From Chiloscyllium plagiosum (taxonomy: Eukaryota), in NCBI RefSeq assembly GCF_004010195.1, contig NC_057719.1:78214359-78278358 (forward strand): 64,000 nt of DNA, written 5' to 3'. The notes beneath the pieces were generated by a model, which saw only the letters and a list, made by a program, of their open reading frames with translations, was not told the origin of the DNA and searched no databases. Each line of letters begins with the position of its first letter. Positions within the stretch are counted from its first letter, which is position 1. Both the position numbers and the translations under genes were made by a program. This document shows, in pieces, positions 61,786 to 64,000 of the stretch.

Positions 61786-63829
61786 GCTATCCACAACATT
61801 CTAAGCCTCACGAATGCTCCATTGTGAGTCCATCTGCAGCTCCAGGCTTTCCATGCGGCAAATCAGAAGCTGCCTGCATATGTAGGCATCATGGATAGCT
61901 AGCAGTGTTCCTGATTTCCCAAATATTGCAGAGGAGCATTCCATAGTTCTCCTGCCATTGTGATCCTTATTGACTCCAGACAATAATCCAGGATCTGATT
62001 GCATAGCCCAATCCACGAGTCACCAAACTCAAGTCTCTCACTCCTGCACTCTATTCCTAGCAGACTGCAACTGCAAAAAGTATTTTATCTCTCTCCAGAC
62101 ATGACTCACTCAGTCTGCAAACCTGGATCTTGAGCAGTTAAGCCTAGGTCACCTTTTGAGTCATAATGTCACCTCTAGAGTTCCATCGCTGGATGAGGCT
62201 CCACATTCGGTCTGACTGACCCCACTCCTCAGGTATTTATCCTGCTGCTGTTATTCACCCTCAGGTTGACTCTCCTTTGCTCTGTTACTGCTTGGACTGA
62301 CCTCTGCTCAGACTGACCAAATAGGTGACAGGGCAGAGATTAGACACAGAATTTATTCTTCGTTCTTTCATTCCAACAATAATGACTTGACATTAGTTAA
62401 TGAATGTTCCTTGCTGTTGTGAATACCTTTAACCTGGTTTTATATTTCTTTTCCTGTTTCCAAATATGATTAAGACTAAAACTAGAGATATCCTTTGTAA
62501 ACAGTAATCTGGAATTGTTGGAAGGTAAGATTTGCTTTATGTCATTGTTTTGCCTATTTCTGTAGCCTTCTCCACACGCAATCCTGTAAATTCATTGTAC
62601 TCCTCCAATTCCGTTCTTTGGCACCATACCACTGACAGAGATTGTTGTGATATCCCTGTAAGAGAGTATCATAAACTGTCAATCAAATCGTTATCACCAG
62701 ACAGGATATGACATAATCGTTCTACGACACTGTACTTCTAGAAGACAGCAGCTAGTCTCTAAGGTGGATGTGCCTTCTCTGTGTCTGTGCTCACACTGTA
62801 CCGATCTAGTCTTACCTTCCAATAAAGAACCCACATTATTGTTTTACCAGTCCTGATTGTAGAATTGGTTTGTGATGGAGAGAAGAACATAACAGATGTG
62901 GCTTTGGCTGCTTCAGACCCAGTCTCTGGAATGACTTCCCTAAACCACTCTGCCTCACTGGCTCTCTGTGAAGCCTCATTGACTGCAGACAATAATCCAG
63001 GAACTAACGACATACATAGGCTTTTGGTCACCTTTCCAAATAGCTCCTTGTAAATTGTCTCAACGTCAATTTTGGTTTGATAATGCACTTGTGAAACATT
63101 TTGGAAGACTTGTGTCTATGAAGGCTCTATCAAAATGCATTTTTCATGTATATTGTACGTTCCATCACATTAGCTCTGTTCACTGGCAGAAATTTTCCAA
63201 GAGTTGCAGTACTCATGTCCCAAGTGTTTTTGACAAATTTCATAGCTGGTTTGGCACTCATCAAATAAAATATGTGCAAATTGGGCACAGCTGAAATAAA
63301 TCACTGGAATTTAAGGGAAATTATTCTATAAATGTTTTCCAAGCACAAATAACCCACCATCTCATAACTTCATTTTTAACAATATTTGGGGATGAAGTTT
63401 TTATTTTATGACACACAAATCTCCCAACCAGGTTTACAGTATTACTTTGATGTTTCACAACTCATAGAGTCTTGGTGCCAGCCTCAACAGTCTATTTCAA
63501 CTTGACTTGCTGGCAATATAATGTAACAATCTAACAAACAAAGGCTGGCAATATAATGCAACATCCCCAGAAGGGTAATGCGCATAAGTGTAATCTCTGG
63601 ACCTGCCTATTACTCAAATAATTTGGTATATATGCTGAATCAGGGAGGAGGAGGCTAAATTAAGAAATGCAGAACCGAAAGCTGGGATCCTAGCAAGGCT
63701 GCTATTTGCTTCCAGTCAGTTCTGATGCAGTGAAAGAGCATAGGAGTTCTCCCTGAGTTTCCAGGCCAATATTAATCTCTCAATCAACCTCACTAGATCA
63801 CAAAAGACGTTATTGCCACATTACTGGTA

Positions 63830-64000
63830 TTTTTTATTCGCTCATGGGACATGGGTGTCACTGACAATGCCAGCGTTTATTACCCATTCCTAATTGCTCA
63901 TGGAGGTGGTGGTAAGCTGCCATCTCAAACCGTTCTAGTCTTCAGGGTGTAGGTACACCCACAGTGCTGTTTGAGACTTCTAGAGTTAGCACCCAGTGAT
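63830..64000 (-). mobile_element. CR1/L2-group LINE 3' tail
   Basis: ttattcgctcatgggacatgggtgtcactg..gccagcgtttattacccattcctaattgc. Confidence 0.7.

Overview
Repeat-dense vertebrate genomic DNA with five N gaps. HE1/V-SINEs, DeuSINE remnants and HER1-type CR1 LINEs point to a cartilaginous fish (shark). The only host gene I can support is an R7-family RGS gene on the + strand, most likely RGS6. It shows a CpG-rich promoter (~38.9-39.2 kb), a probable non-coding exon 1 (donor after 39561) and the first coding exon (40094-40198, MAQGPTEQATCGASEPEETSPNMLVYRK), which the ORF track misses. The rest of the window to the right appears to be its long intron. The long listed ORFs are fragments of CR1, Rex1/Babar, Penelope or other TEs, or artefacts of N runs. 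The most striking signal is a set of Penelope pseudo-LTR insertions from at least four distinct sequence families. Each carries a minimal hammerhead ribozyme core (CUGANGA-N-stem II-GAAA with a 4-nt palindromic stem III). Many are short solo, inverted or fold-back units with clear target-site duplications. Recognisable cores lie mostly on + left of the RGS promoter and on - right of it. TE boundaries are estimated by eye and family names are recalled, not searched.
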